The notes under the pieces were generated by a model that did not search any database, was not told the DNA's origin, and worked only from the letters and a program-made list of their open reading frames with translations. Positions 29,255 to 42,900 of a DNA stretch of 64,000 nucleotides are shown piece by piece. The stretch lies in NCBI GenBank assembly GCA_977017575.1, contig CDRNVI010000044.1, forward strand, positions 1 through 64,000, in the 5' to 3' direction. Source of the stretch: Paramoeba atlantica (lineage: Eukaryota > Protista > Discosea). How positions within the stretch are numbered: the stretch's first letter is position 1; the number at the start of each line of letters is the position of its first letter. The translations under genes were made by a program, and so were the position numbers.

Positions 29255-32200
29255 ATGACACGCCTTTCTCGTACGTCTTCTCGTTTAGATTCCGAAAACA
29301 CGCGGAAAAAGGGCAGCAGAACAACAGTGAACAACGGGAAGTCTCACGGGAGAGTTGAAAAACAACGTACTCAACGAGATCAAAGCAAGACGAACGGAAT
29401 AAAGGTAGCAGAAGAATCAGGATCGCACACGGAGACACCAGTGAAGGTGAAGAAGACTCCAAAGATCAAGATAATAGGTTCCAAAACACTAGCCCCGAAT
29501 TGGGCGGACCATGAGCCTCCGTGTGAAATCACATCGCGGAATCTAATCAAAATCAAAGCCAAGAACTTCCGCATCGGATCTACGAGTCAATCACACGAGA
29601 ACATAGCCCATGACGAAAACCATATCCAAGAGGACCCAGCCAAAGAAATGTCCGAAACAGAAAGCGAGACCAGTGATACAATGTGTCTGGACGACGATGG
29701 ATCGACGCAAGATCGAGTACAGGAGCTAATGACACAGGCCGGCAACAAATCGCCCGACCAAGTGTACAACATCGTTTCCAAGTGGGGCAAGGGTACAGAA
29801 TGTGTGATCGAATGGGGCTTCCGACAGAACACTACAAACTACAAGTCAAACGGCATCGTTGTAGGCAGGACCGTGCGAAAATCAACCGTGAAAGTCAAGA
29901 TTTCATACGAGCCGGCTCTAGGTCACGATGGTCCATGCGGTTTTCTTTATCTTCCACCGTCCAATAAAATCAGAATCTGTAACCTCCAAGCCACTAAGTT
30001 ATTCAAAATCGAGATGCCGACACAAAATTTGGAGGAACAAGCGGAGCACATCTCATGCGAAGACGGTCAGAGTGACCTTGATCCGCTCCCGCCTATGGCT
30101 CAAATAGACCCATCTTTCGCGGTTCATGTTGTGGCGATTTTCCGTGCGATAATTCGGGGATATGCAGCGGCGGAGCTTGACTCAGAAAAAGAGGCGATAT
30201 GGCACAAATTTTTGAATGCGCCTCGCGATTCACTTGCGACAGTACGTCAAGCAATTCGACGAAACCAAAAAGTAGCTCATGTTCGCAACGACCGAGAAAA
30301 CTTGGAAGCTAGAAACTTGAGTGCGGAACAACGGGCGGAGTTAGAAATTGACAGGCGTTCGATCAGGCACGCCCTACAGACGGCGCGGGCAGGAAACCTT
30401 GGCAAAGCAACTCGGATCCTGGACAATGTCTACAAGGAATCAGCTCTCACTCCTGAAGAAAAAGTGCGAAAGCTTCAACAACTTCATCCTGAAGGCGACG
30501 CCATACGAATCCCGGAAGCAGACTTCCCACGGACTGGCGTTGTTGAGAAATCAGAGGTTCGCCTAGCGACCGAAAAATTATCCAGAGGCGCTTCACCAGG
30601 ACCAACCGGCCTGAGTGAAAGCATGATGCGACTGCTCGTAGACGACGAAGAGTCATGTCTTTCACTTTGCCACATGCTTCGGGATGTCATCAACGGCGAA
30701 GTTCCTCTGAATGTGCGAAAACGTCTAACCCGATGCGGAATCATCGCGCTAGCGAAACCTCAAAATGGAATTCGACCTATTGCGATGGGGGATACCATTC
30801 TGAAGATTTGCGGTTCCATCCTTCTACAACGACATGAAAACGCTCTGCAAAATTTTTTCTCCCCAATTCAACGAGGCATTTTGCAAAAAAACGCATGTGA
30901 GTCCATCGTTCACGAACTTTTAAATGAATACGAAGAAGGACATGCTATCCTCACCGTCGATTTTAGCAACGCGTATAATACACCACAACGCAACGCCATT
31001 GCTGAGGCACTCCTTGGTAATCCCATTTTCAAGCCTTTCATGCGCCTATTCTACCTAGAATATGGGATTCCCTCTGAGCTGCTATTTTTTGCGCACAATG
31101 CTCTGTTTGCTACCATCGAAAGCTCTTCAGGAATTCGCCAAGGATCGGCACTTTCATCAATGTACTTCTGCGCACTTTTGCAAGGCCCGCTACGAGAACT
31201 CATGCACCTCTATCCTGACGTGAAGATCCGAGCATACCAAGACGATGTGACTTTGAGCTCCAAAAACGTGCAAGCATTGGAGGCAGCTTTCTTTTACCTG
31301 CGTGAGATCGCCGCAGAGATGAACCTCCGAATTAATTTCCAGAAATGCGATTGGTTTCAGAAGAACATTCCCAACATAGCTCAGCCTCCTCCGTTGGAAA
31401 AACTTGGAGTAAACTTTTGCAGTGATGCGATAAAAGTCTTAGGCGCATACGTAGGTACAGACCAAGTCGTGGAAAATCTGCTGATCAAGAAAATGGAGAA
31501 ACACAAGTGCCTATTCCGCAGGTTGTTGCTTATGGGTCCCAGTAATTTGTCTCTTGCCATTCTCCGCCGTTGTACGATTCCACGGCACGATTACCATCTA
31601 CGAGTACATCGGCCAGGCGCTACTTTCCAACTAGCACAATCCTTCGAGAACCAAGTAAACAAAGTTCTAGAAAAGTGGAGTGGAGCAGACGCAAACGCCC
31701 TGAAACTCGCCGCTCTACCACAGAAACTCGGTGGCCTAGGCTTAATTTCCTCGACTCTGAAGCAAAAACATTTCTTCGAAACTGCCAGCAAATCTATTGA
31801 TGAGCACCTTAAACCCAATAACGCTCCGGTAGATCAGAAAGGCAGCGAAAAAGCTATGAAACAACCGCAAAGTCGAGGAGAGGCAGCGCGCAAGCTATTG
31901 AAAAAGAAGCTAAGTGCAGAACACGATAAACAGATAACTGAGCTGCAGAAGGATTCTCACATGGGACTTTTATTGAAGCGTACAAAGGAATCAAACATGC
32001 ATTTAGAAAGCACCAGCAATTATGTAAACCCGTACCTCTTCCGATACACTTTGATGATGCGTTTGGGCATCGGATTACATAACGCACCGGCCGATGTTAT
32101 ATGCCCTGGATGCTGTGGCCATGAATCTCCTACCAGCATTATACCACACGTCGCAGGATGCTCCCGGTGCTCGGGCATGAATTGCACCAGAAAGCACTCA

Positions 32201-32743
32201 CACATAGTGAGGTACCTCGCAGATTTGTGCTCCAAAGCTGGTCTCCCTTGTATTATCGAACCGCGCATCCATTCTTCGTTTTTCTGTACTAAGTGCAAGT
32301 GTTCCATCTCAGCGGAAGTAGCTGAACATCATCCTTGCAAAGCCCGCAGAATCCGATCCGGTCCTGATCTTGCTATTATGTGGCCCCACATGGGGGAGGT
32401 CCTGTATGATTTTACCGTTGTTCACACTTGTTGCAGCAGCTATGCCAAACAAACAAGTACAGCGCTGATGCAGCACGTGCTCGACAAGAAATTCAAGAAG
32501 TACGTTACGGAGAAAGGCGTAGAAAGCGACTCTTTTCGTTGCCTGGCCGCCTCTGACTGCGGTCTTCTGCACAACGACACCAAAACCCTCCTCAAGGCAT
32601 TATCCCAACGAGCCAAACAAAAGTACGAAGACGTACGTGAGGCCTTCCAACTCGAGATAGAAAAGCTAGCAGCGTATACTATTGTATCGCAGCTCCGCGA
32701 GTATATTCCAGAAGCACATTGGATTGGTGGACTGCGTCAGTGA
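29255..32743 (+). CDS. Family B RT/RLE polyprotein, copy 2
   Basis: As copy 1, with two private substitutions (EARNL, TRCGI). Confidence 0.9.
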   Translation: MTRLSRTSSRLDSENTRKKGSRTTVNNGKSHGRVEKQRTQRDQSKTNGIKVAEESGSHTETPVKVKKTPKIKIIGSKTLAPNWADHEPPCEITSRNLIKIKAKNFRIGSTSQSHENIAHDENHIQEDPAKEMSETESETSDTMCLDDDGSTQDRVQELMTQAGNKSPDQVYNIVSKWGKGTECVIEWGFRQNTTNYKSNGIVVGRTVRKSTVKVKISYEPALGHDGPCGFLYLPPSNKIRICNLQATKLFKIEMPTQNLEEQAEHISCEDGQSDLDPLPPMAQIDPSFAVHVVAIFRAIIRGYAAAELDSEKEAIWHKFLNAPRDSLATVRQAIRRNQKVAHVRNDRENLEARNLSAEQRAELEIDRRSIRHALQTARAGNLGKATRILDNVYKESALTPEEKVRKLQQLHPEGDAIRIPEADFPRTGVVEKSEVRLATEKLSRGASPGPTGLSESMMRLLVDDEESCLSLCHMLRDVINGEVPLNVRKRLTRCGIIALAKPQNGIRPIAMGDTILKICGSILLQRHENALQNFFSPIQRGILQKNACESIVHELLNEYEEGHAILTVDFSNAYNTPQRNAIAEALLGNPIFKPFMRLFYLEYGIPSELLFFAHNALFATIESSSGIRQGSALSSMYFCALLQGPLRELMHLYPDVKIRAYQDDVTLSSKNVQALEAAFFYLREIAAEMNLRINFQKCDWFQKNIPNIAQPPPLEKLGVNFCSDAIKVLGAYVGTDQVVENLLIKKMEKHKCLFRRLLLMGPSNLSLAILRRCTIPRHDYHLRVHRPGATFQLAQSFENQVNKVLEKWSGADANALKLAALPQKLGGLGLISSTLKQKHFFETASKSIDEHLKPNNAPVDQKGSEKAMKQPQSRGEAARKLLKKKLSAEHDKQITELQKDSHMGLLLKRTKESNMHLESTSNYVNPYLFRYTLMMRLGIGLHNAPADVICPGCCGHESPTSIIPHVAGCSRCSGMNCTRKHSHIVRYLADLCSKAGLPCIIEPRIHSSFFCTKCKCSISAEVAEHHPCKARRIRSGPDLAIMWPHMGEVLYDFTVVHTCCSSYAKQTSTALMQHVLDKKFKKYVTEKGVESDSFRCLAASDCGLLHNDTKTLLKALSQRAKQKYEDVREAFQLEIEKLAAYTIVSQLREYIPEAHWIGGLRQ

Positions 32744-34624
32744 GTCGACCAACAAGTTCGCACATTAGAAAAGCTCTTAAAAGTTCTTATTATTATTCAC
32801 AACGATTATCCGTGTTTAGAATGCCTGCGAGATTTAGGATAATACGAACGATCTTTGGGAGAAGGCTCAGAAAAAAAAAAAAAAAAAAATAGAATATATT
32901 TTAGAAGAAAGAATTTTTCAGTCTTGAACCATACAAGATATTGGGCGTCCGGTGAAGTCAAGACCTTTGCTTGGCCCGTTCGATTTTGAAGAAATACAAG
33001 ATTTTCGTAGTGAAAGTTCGAGCTCATAGCGGAAACTTTATGAATGAACTCGTGGACAAACTAGCGAACGAGGCAGCAGTCGAACTCGTGCGTGAACCAG
33101 TGAATCCCTCAACCACAGCGTGTAGAGTTATAAATTCTACGGCCGAATGCGGCCATAAGTGCCGTGATAAGGCCTCATGTCTACATTCCTGTTGTAAGCG
33201 ACATTTAGGAGTAGCGAAGGATAATGTCAACATTTCTTTGTCATAATAGTCGAACACTTAGCCACTTAGTCAGAAAGTGGTATATTATTATTATTATATT
33301 ATTATTAAGCTCGGAATATATCTCCGAATGTCTTATCAGGTGCCCTAGAAGTCGTGCCCGGTTTACCTTATGTAGTGTGGAGAATAATGGTGTGTCAACG
33401 TAAAGGGCAGTAAGAGGTATACTTTTACCACGGTGGTCCAATTTTGGGCAACGACATATGATGCGACGCATTTTGTTTACCTGAATGTCTACCCAATTTA
33501 ACGTTTTATCCGTCAATACAAGAGTACCTGAGTTATAGTTCAGAACGGGGTAAACCAGTGTATCGAAAAGGCGAAGTTTAGTTTTCACAGATAGTGGTGA
33601 TATCCATATTCCTTGAAATTTTGAGAAGCTTGCCCAGGTAAGCCGCACCCTGTCCCTAATGCACGCCTTGGGGTCCTGTTCATGAAAAAGGTGCCCTAGG
33701 TAACGGTAACTCTCGACGTGTGGAACCTTTCCCAATGTATCGGATATTATTTCTTCGATGTTGTTATTTTTTCCTATGCTCATCCAGGCGGTTTTGGTGG
33801 GCCCAACAGCAATCTTTAAATTCGCAGCAAGAATTGTGCATCATAAATATTATAAGAAAGAAAGAAAGCACTAAGCAAAACAATATCTTCATTCCCCTCT
33901 TCTATCTGATATTTGATACGTTCAATTCTATGCACATTCAAAATTCATATGAATACTTTTTTTTTTTTTTTTTTTTTTTATCATGCAGTATGACTGCAGA
34001 GATTGTCACCTAAGAAAAATACACGCAGATCATGTATAAACCCCGCACAAAACGGGTTTCCCTTAAGCTTTTCATCATCGCTATATGCTGGCTTCCGTCC
34101 AGCTCGGGTTATCGCGGTTTTGAAAAATCGCGAAACTTCCTCGTATTGCTCTTTTGACAAGCTTCTGTCGACATTGCGAGGCGGTGGCCTTGTTACCTCC
34201 GAAAAGTGAGTTGAGCGCTCGCGTAGAGGAGTTGAGCTTCCCTCTGGCCCCCACTTCGATGACAAGAAGAAAGGTTGCCGTGTTAGTCATTTTCCTTTCG
34301 AGTATGACCGGTCATAACATAACGAAATTAAATAATCCCACAACACTTCTGTCCTCTCCCAGCTTGCGAACGGGTGACGCGGGGACCACCCATTCGCTCG
34401 TCCTACTTCCATTTACAACCCAATCGCACGTTGATGTATTTCAGCGGTGCCTACTCCGCCCAAATAAATCATAAGGAAATTCCGTATCGCTCACCGTGCC
34501 CGTGCTTCTCGATATTCACTGCTACATTGTTTTTTTTGCATATAATTGGGGGGAGTAGTATTGAGTCTAACTATTGAGTCTTTTCTGTACCTTGTTGATT
34601 TTAATTTTCTATTTTTCTACGCTT

Positions 34625-37600
34625 ATGACACGCCTTTCTCGTACGTCTTCTCGTTTAGATTCCGAAAACACGCGGAAAAAGGGCAGCAGAACAACAGTGA
34701 ACAACGGGAAGTCTCACGGGAGAGTTGAAAAACAACGTACTCAACGAGATCAAAGCAAGACGAACGGAATAAAGGTAGCAGAAGAATCAGGATCGCACAC
34801 GGAGACACCAGTGAAGGTGAAGAAGACTCCAAAGATCAAGATAATAGGTTCCAAAACACTAGCCCCGAATTGGGCGGACCATGAGCCTCCGTGTGAAATC
34901 ACATCGCGGAATCTAATCAAAATCAAAGCCAAGAACTTCCGCATCGGATCTACGAGTCAATCACACGAGAACATAGCCCATGACGAAAACCATATCCAAG
35001 AGGACCCAGCCAAAGAAATGTCCGAAACAGAAAGCGAGACCAGTGATACAATGTGTCTGGACGACGATGGATCGACGCAAGATCGAGTACAGGAGCTAAT
35101 GACACAGGCCGGCAACAAATCGCCCGACCAAGTGTACAACATCGTTTCCAAGTGGGGCAAGGGTACAGAATGTGTGATCGAATGGGGCTTCCGACAGAAC
35201 ACTACAAACTACAAGTCAAACGGCATCGTTGTAGGCAGGACCGTGCGAAAATCAACCGTGAAAGTCAAGATTTCATACGAGCCGGCTCTAGGTCACGATG
35301 GTCCATGCGGTTTTCTTTATCTTCCACCGTCCAATAAAATCAGAATCTGTAACCTCCAAGCCACTAAGTTATTCAAAATCGAGATGCCGACACAAAATTT
35401 GGAGGAACAAGCGGAGCACATCTCATGCGAAGACGGTCAGAGTGACCTTGATCCGCTCCCGCCTATGGCTCAAATAGACCCATCTTTCGCGGTTCATGTT
35501 GTGGCGATTTTCCGTGCGATAATTCGGGGATATGCAGCGGCGGAGCTTGACTCAGAAAAAGAGGCGATATGGCACAAATTTTTGAATGCGCCTCGCGATT
35601 CACTTGCGACAGTACGTCAAGCAATTCGACGAAACCAAAAAGTAGCTCATGTTCGCAACGACCGAGAAAACTTGGAAGCTAGCAACTTGAGTGCGGAACA
35701 ACGGGCGGAGTTAGAAATTGACAGGCGTTCGATCAGGCACGCCCTACAGACGGCGCGGGCAGGAAACCTTGGCAAAGCAACTCGGATCCTGGACAATGTC
35801 TACAAGGAATCAGCTCTCACTCCTGAAGAAAAAGTGCGAAAGCTTCAACAACTTCATCCTGAAGGCGACGCCATACGAATCCCGGAAGCAGACTTCCCAC
35901 GGACTGGCGTTGTTGAGAAATCAGAGGTTCGCCTAGCGACCGAAAAATTATCCAGAGGCGCTTCACCAGGACCAACCGGCCTGAGTGAAAGCATGATGCG
36001 ACTGCTCGTAGACGACGAAGAGTCATGTCTTTCACTTTGCCACATGCTTCGGGATGTCATCAACGGCGAAGTTCCTCTGAATGTGCGAAAACGTCTAACC
36101 CGATGCAGAATCATCGCGCTAGCGAAACCTCAAAATGGAATTCGACCTATTGCGATGGGGGATACCATTCTGAAGATTTGCGGTTCCATCCTTCTACAAC
36201 GACATGAAAACGCTCTGCAAAATTTTTTCTCCCCAATTCAACGAGGCATTTTGCAAAAAAACGCATGTGAGTCCATCGTTCACGAACTTTTAAATGAATA
36301 CGAAGAAGGACATGCTATCCTCACCGTCGATTTTAGCAACGCGTATAATACACCACAACGCAACGCCATTGCTGAGGCACTCCTTGGTAATCCCATTTTC
36401 AAGCCTTTCATGCGCCTATTCTACCTAGAATATGGGATTCCCTCTGAGCTGCTATTTTTTGCGCACAATGCTCTGTTTGCTACCATCGAAAGCTCTTCAG
36501 GAATTCGCCAAGGATCGGCACTTTCATCAATGTACTTCTGCGCACTTTTGCAAGGCCCGCTACGAGAACTCATGCACCTCTATCCTGACGTGAAGATCCG
36601 AGCATACCAAGACGATGTGACTTTGAGCTCCAAAAACGTGCAAGCATTGGAGGCAGCTTTCTTTTACCTGCGTGAGATCGCCGCAGAGATGAACCTCCGA
36701 ATTAATTTCCAGAAATGCGATTGGTTTCAGAAGAACATTCCCAACATAGCTCAGCCTCCTCCGTTGGAAAAACTTGGAGTAAACTTTTGCAGTGATGCGA
36801 TAAAAGTCTTAGGCGCATACGTAGGTACAGACCAAGTCGTGGAAAATCTGCTGATCAAGAAAATGGAGAAACACAAGTGCCTATTCCGCAGGTTGTTGCT
36901 TATGGGTCCCAGTAATTTGTCTCTTGCCATTCTCCGCCGTTGTACGATTCCACGGCACGATTACCATCTACGAGTACATCGGCCAGGCGCTACTTTCCAA
37001 CTAGCACAATCCTTCGAGAACCAAGTAAACAAAGTTCTAGAAAAGTGGAGTGGAGCAGACGCAAACGCCCTGAAACTCGCCGCTCTACCACAGAAACTCG
37101 GTGGCCTAGGCTTAATTTCCTCGACTCTGAAGCAAAAACATTTCTTCGAAACTGCCAGCAAATCTATTGATGAGCACCTTAAACCCAATAACGCTCCGGT
37201 AGATCAGAAAGGCAGCGAAAAAGCTATGAAACAACCGCAAAGTCGAGGAGAGGCAGCGCGCAAGCTATTGAAAAAGAAGCTAAGTGCAGAACACGATAAA
37301 CAGATAACTGAGCTGCAGAAGGATTCTCACATGGGACTTTTATTGAAGCGTACAAAGGAATCAAACATGCATTTAGAAAGCACCAGCAATTATGTAAACC
37401 CGTACCTCTTCCGATACACTTTGATGATGCGTTTGGGCATCGGATTACATAACGCACCGGCCGATGTTATATGCCCTGGATGCTGTGGCCATGAATCTCC
37501 TACCAGCATTATACCACACGTCGCAGGATGCTCCCGGTGCTCGGGCATGAATTGCACCAGAAAGCACTCACACATAGTGAGGTACCTCGCAGATTTGTGC

Positions 37601-38113
37601 TCCAAAGCTGGTCTCCCTTGTATTATCGAACCGCGCATCCATTCTTCGTTTTTCTGTACTAAGTGCAAGTGTTCCATCTCAGCGGAAGTAGCTGAACATC
37701 ATCCTTGCAAAGCCCGCAGAATCCGATCCGGTCCTGATCTTGCTATTATGTGGCCCCACATGGGGGAGGTCCTGTATGATTTTACCGTTGTTCACACTTG
37801 TTGCAGCAGCTATGCCAAACAAACAAGTACAGCGCTGATGCAGCACGTGCTCGACAAGAAATTCAAGAAGTACGTTACGGAGAAAGGCGTAGAAAGCGAC
37901 TCTTTTCGTTGCCTGGCCGCCTCTGACTGCGGTCTTCTGCACAACGACACCAAAACCCTCCTCAAGGCATTATCCCAACGAGCCAAACAAAAGTACGAAG
38001 ACGTACGTGAGGCCTTCCAACTCGAGATAGAAAAGCTAGCAGCGTATACTATTGTATCGCAGCTCCGCGAGTATATTCCAGAAGCACATTGGATTGGTGG
38101 ACTGCGTCAGTGA
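34625..38113 (+). CDS. Family B RT/RLE polyprotein, copy 3
   Basis: Consensus copy. Confidence 0.9.
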   Translation: MTRLSRTSSRLDSENTRKKGSRTTVNNGKSHGRVEKQRTQRDQSKTNGIKVAEESGSHTETPVKVKKTPKIKIIGSKTLAPNWADHEPPCEITSRNLIKIKAKNFRIGSTSQSHENIAHDENHIQEDPAKEMSETESETSDTMCLDDDGSTQDRVQELMTQAGNKSPDQVYNIVSKWGKGTECVIEWGFRQNTTNYKSNGIVVGRTVRKSTVKVKISYEPALGHDGPCGFLYLPPSNKIRICNLQATKLFKIEMPTQNLEEQAEHISCEDGQSDLDPLPPMAQIDPSFAVHVVAIFRAIIRGYAAAELDSEKEAIWHKFLNAPRDSLATVRQAIRRNQKVAHVRNDRENLEASNLSAEQRAELEIDRRSIRHALQTARAGNLGKATRILDNVYKESALTPEEKVRKLQQLHPEGDAIRIPEADFPRTGVVEKSEVRLATEKLSRGASPGPTGLSESMMRLLVDDEESCLSLCHMLRDVINGEVPLNVRKRLTRCRIIALAKPQNGIRPIAMGDTILKICGSILLQRHENALQNFFSPIQRGILQKNACESIVHELLNEYEEGHAILTVDFSNAYNTPQRNAIAEALLGNPIFKPFMRLFYLEYGIPSELLFFAHNALFATIESSSGIRQGSALSSMYFCALLQGPLRELMHLYPDVKIRAYQDDVTLSSKNVQALEAAFFYLREIAAEMNLRINFQKCDWFQKNIPNIAQPPPLEKLGVNFCSDAIKVLGAYVGTDQVVENLLIKKMEKHKCLFRRLLLMGPSNLSLAILRRCTIPRHDYHLRVHRPGATFQLAQSFENQVNKVLEKWSGADANALKLAALPQKLGGLGLISSTLKQKHFFETASKSIDEHLKPNNAPVDQKGSEKAMKQPQSRGEAARKLLKKKLSAEHDKQITELQKDSHMGLLLKRTKESNMHLESTSNYVNPYLFRYTLMMRLGIGLHNAPADVICPGCCGHESPTSIIPHVAGCSRCSGMNCTRKHSHIVRYLADLCSKAGLPCIIEPRIHSSFFCTKCKCSISAEVAEHHPCKARRIRSGPDLAIMWPHMGEVLYDFTVVHTCCSSYAKQTSTALMQHVLDKKFKKYVTEKGVESDSFRCLAASDCGLLHNDTKTLLKALSQRAKQKYEDVREAFQLEIEKLAAYTIVSQLREYIPEAHWIGGLRQ

Positions 38114-39994
38114 GTCGACCAACAAGTTCGCACATTAGAAAAGCTCTTAAAAGTTCTTATTATTATTCACAACGATTATCCGTGTTTAGAATGCCTGCGA
38201 GATTTAGGATAATACGAACGATCTTTGGGAGAAGGCTCAGAAAAAAAAAAAAAAAAAATAGAATATATTTTAGAAGAAAGAATTTTTCAGTCTTGAACCA
38301 TACAAGATATTGGGCGTCCGGTGAAGTCAAGACCTTTGCTTGGCCCGTTCGATTTTGAAGAAATACAAGATTTTCGTAGTGAAAGTTCGAGCTCATAGCG
38401 GAAACTTTATGAATGAACTCGTGGACAAACTAGCGAACGAGGCAGCAGTCGAACTCGTGCGTGAACCAGTGAATCCCTCAACCACAGCGTGTAGAGTTAT
38501 AAATTCTACGGCCGAATGCGGCCATAAGTGCCGTGATAAGGCCTCATGTCTACATTCCTGTTGTAAGCGACATTTAGGAGTAGCGAAGGATAATGTCAAC
38601 ATTTCTTTGTCATAATAGTCGAACACTTAGCCACTTAGTCAGAAAGTGGTATATTATTATTATTATATTATTATTAAGCTCGGAATATATCTCCGAATGT
38701 CTTATCAGGTGCCCTAGAAGTCGTGCCCGGTTTACCTTATGTAGTGTGGAGAATAATGGTGTGTCAACGTAAAGGGCAGTAAGAGGTATACTTTTACCAC
38801 GGTGGTCCAATTTTGGGCAACGACATATGATGCGACGCATTTTGTTTACCTGAATGTCTACCCAATTTAACGTTTTATCCGTCAATACAAGAGTACCTGA
38901 GTTATAGTTCAGAACGGGGTAAACCAGTGTATCGAAAAGGCGAAGTTTAGTTTTCACAGATAGTGGTGATATCCATATTCCTTGAAATTTTGAGAAGCTT
39001 GCCCAGGTAAGCCGCACCCTGTCCCTAATGCACGCCTTGGGGTCCTGTTCATGAAAAAGGTGCCCTAGGTAACGGTAACTCTCGACGTGTGGAACCTTTC
39101 CCAATGTATCGGATATTATTTCTTCGATGTTGTTATTTTTTCCTATGCTCATCCAGGCGGTTTTGGTGGGCCCAACAGCAATCTTTAAATTCGCAGCAAG
39201 AATTGTGCATCATAAATATTATAAGAAAGAAAGAAAGCACTAAGCAAAACAATATCTTCATTCCCCTCTTCTATCTGATATTTGATACGTTCAATTCTAT
39301 GCACATTCAAAATTCATATGAATACTTTTTTTTTTTTTTTTTTTTTTTTATCATGCAGTATGACTGCAGAGATTGTCACCTAAGAAAAATACACGCAGAT
39401 CATGTATAAACCCCGCACAAAACGGGTTTCCCTTAAGCTTTTCATCATCGCTATATGCTGGCTTCCGTCCAGCTCGGGTTATCGCGGTTTTGAAAAATCG
39501 CGAAACTTCCTCGTATTGCTCTTTTGACAAGCTTCTGTCGACATTGCGAGGCGGTGGCCTTGTTACCTCCGAAAAGTGAGTTGAGCGCTCGCGTAGAGGA
39601 GTTGAGCTTCCCTCTGGCCCCCACTTCGATGACAAGAAGAAAGGTTGCCGTGTTAGTCATTTTCCTTTCGAGTATGACCGGTCATAACATAACGAAATTA
39701 AATAATCCCACAACACTTCTGTCCTCTCCCAGCTTGCGAACGGGTGACGCGGGGACCACCCATTCGCTCGTCCTACTTCCATTTACAACCCAATCGCACG
39801 TTGATGTATTTCAGCGGTGCCTACTCCGCCCAAATAAATCATAAGGAAATTCCGTATCGCTCACCGTGCCCGTGCTTCTCGATATTCACTGCTACATTGT
39901 TTTTTTTGCATATAATTGGGGGGAGTAGTATTGAGTCTAACTATTGAGTCTTTTCTGTACCTTGTTGATTTTAATTTTCTATTTTTCTACGCTT

Positions 39995-42900
39995 ATGACA
40001 CGCCTTTCTCGTACGTCTTCTCGTTTAGATTCCGAAAACACGCGGAAAAAGGGCAGCAGAACAACAGTGAACAACGGGAAGTCTCACGGGAGAGTTGAAA
40101 AACAACGTACTCAACGAGATCAAAGCAAGACGAACGGAATAAAGGTAGCAGAAGAATCAGGATCGCACACGGAGACACCAGTGAAGGTGAAGAAGACTCC
40201 AAAGATCAAGATAATAGGTTCCAAAACACTAGCCCCGAATTGGGCGGACCATGAGCCTCCGTGTGAAATCACATCGCGGAATCTAATCAAAATCAAAGCC
40301 AAGAACTTCCGCATCGGATCTACGAGTCAATCACACGAGAACATAGCCCATGACGAAAACCATATCCAAGAGGACCCAGCCAAAGAAATGTCCGAAACAG
40401 AAAGCGAGACCAGTGATACAATGTGTCTGGACGACGATGGATCGACGCAAGATCGAGTACAGGAGCTAATGACACAGGCCGGCAACAAATCGCCCGACCA
40501 AGTGTACAACATCGTTTCCAAGTGGGGCAAGGGTACAGAATGTGTGATCGAATGGGGCTTCCGACAGAACACTACAAACTACAAGTCAAACGGCATCGTT
40601 GTAGGCAGGACCGTGCGAAAATCAACCGTGAAAGTCAAGATTTCATACGAGCCGGCTCTAGGTCACGATGGTCCATGCGGTTTTCTTTATCTTCCACCGT
40701 CCAATAAAATCAGAATCTGTAACCTCCAAGCCACTAAGTTATTCAAAATCGAGATGCCGACACAAAATTTGGAGGAACAAGCGGAGCACATCTCATGCGA
40801 AGACGGTCAGAGTGACCTTGATCCGCTCCCGCCTATGGCTCAAATAGACCCATCTTTCGCGGTTCATGTTGTGGCGATTTTCCGTGCGATAATTCGGGGA
40901 TATGCAGCGGCGGAGCTTGACTCAGAAAAAGAGGCGATATGGCACAAATTTTTGAATGCGCCTCGCGATTCACTTGCGACAGTACGTCAAGCAATTCGAC
41001 GAAACCAAAAAGTAGCTCATGTTCGCAACGACCGAGAAAACTTGGAAGCTAGCAACTTGAGTGCGGAACAACGGGCGGAGTTAGAAATTGACAGGCGTTC
41101 GATCAGGCACGCCCTACAGACGGCGCGGGCAGGAAACCTTGGCAAAGCAACTCGGATCCTGGACAATGTCTACAAGGAATCAGCTCTCACTCCTGAAGAA
41201 AAAGTGCGAAAGCTTCAACAACTTCATCCTGAAGGCGACGCCATACGAATCCCGGAAGCAGACTTCCCACGGACTGGCGTTGTTGAGAAATCAGAGGTTC
41301 GCCTAGCGACCGAAAAATTATCCAGAGGCGCTTCACCAGGACCAACCGGCCTGAGTGAAAGCATGATGCGACTGCTCGTAGACGACGAAGAGTCATGTCT
41401 TTCACTTTGCCACATGCTTCGGGATGTCATCAACGGCGAAGTTCCTCTGAATGTGCGAAAACGTCTAACCCGATGCAGAATCATCGCGCTAGCGAAACCT
41501 CAAAATGGAATTCGACCTATTGCGATGGGGGATACCATTCTGAAGATTTGCGGTTCCATCCTTCTACAACGACATGAAAACGCTCTGCAAAATTTTTTCT
41601 CCCCAATTCAACGAGGCATTTTGCAAAAAAACGCATGTGAGTCCATCGTTCACGAACTTTTAAATGAATACGAAGAAGGACATGCTATCCTCACCGTCGA
41701 TTTTAGCAACGCGTATAATACACCACAACGCAACGCCATTGCTGAGGCACTCCTTGGTAATCCCATTTTCAAGCCTTTCATGCGCCTATTCTACCTAGAA
41801 TATGGGATTCCCTCTGAGCTGCTATTTTTTGCGCACAATGCTCTGTTTGCTACCATCGAAAGCTCTTCAGGAATTCGCCAAGGATCGGCACTTTCATCAA
41901 TGTACTTCTGCGCACTTTTGCAAGGCCCGCTACGAGAACTCATGCACCTCTATCCTGACGTGAAGATCCGAGCATACCAAGACGATGTGACTTTGAGCTC
42001 CAAAAACGTGCAAGCATTGGAGGCAGCTTTCTTTTACCTGCGTGAGATCGCCGCAGAGATGAACCTCCGAATTAATTTCCAGAAATGCGATTGGTTTCAG
42101 AAGAACATTCCCAACATAGCTCAGCCTCCTCCGTTGGAAAAACTTGGAGTAAACTTTTGCAGTGATGCGATAAAAGTCTTAGGCGCATACGTAGGTACAG
42201 ACCAAGTCGTGGAAAATCTGCTGATCAAGAAAATGGAGAAACACAAGTGCCTATTCCGCAGGTTGTTGCTTATGGGTCCCAGTAATTTGTCTCTTGCCAT
42301 TCTCCGCCGTTGTACGATTCCACGGCACGATTACCATCTACGAGTACATCGGCCAGGCGCTACTTTCCAACTAGCACAATCCTTCGAGAACCAAGTAAAC
42401 AAAGTTCTAGAAAAGTGGAGTGGAGCAGACGCAAACGCCCTGAAACTCGCCGCTCTACCACAGAAACTCGGTGGCCTAGGCTTAATTTCCTCGACTCTGA
42501 AGCAAAAACATTTCTTCGAAACTGCCAGCAAATCTATTGATGAGCACCTTAAACCCAATAACGCTCCGGTAGATCAGAAAGGCAGCGAAAAAGCTATGAA
42601 ACAACCGCAAAGTCGAGGAGAGGCAGCGCGCAAGCTATTGAAAAAGAAGCTAAGTGCAGAACACGATAAACAGATAACTGAGCTGCAGAAGGATTCTCAC
42701 ATGGGACTTTTATTGAAGCGTACAAAGGAATCAAACATGCATTTAGAAAGCACCAGCAATTATGTAAACCCGTACCTCTTCCGATACACTTTGATGATGC
42801 GTTTGGGCATCGGATTACATAACGCACCGGCCGATGTTATATGCCCTGGATGCTGTGGCCATGAATCTCCTACCAGCATTATACCACACGTCGCAGGATG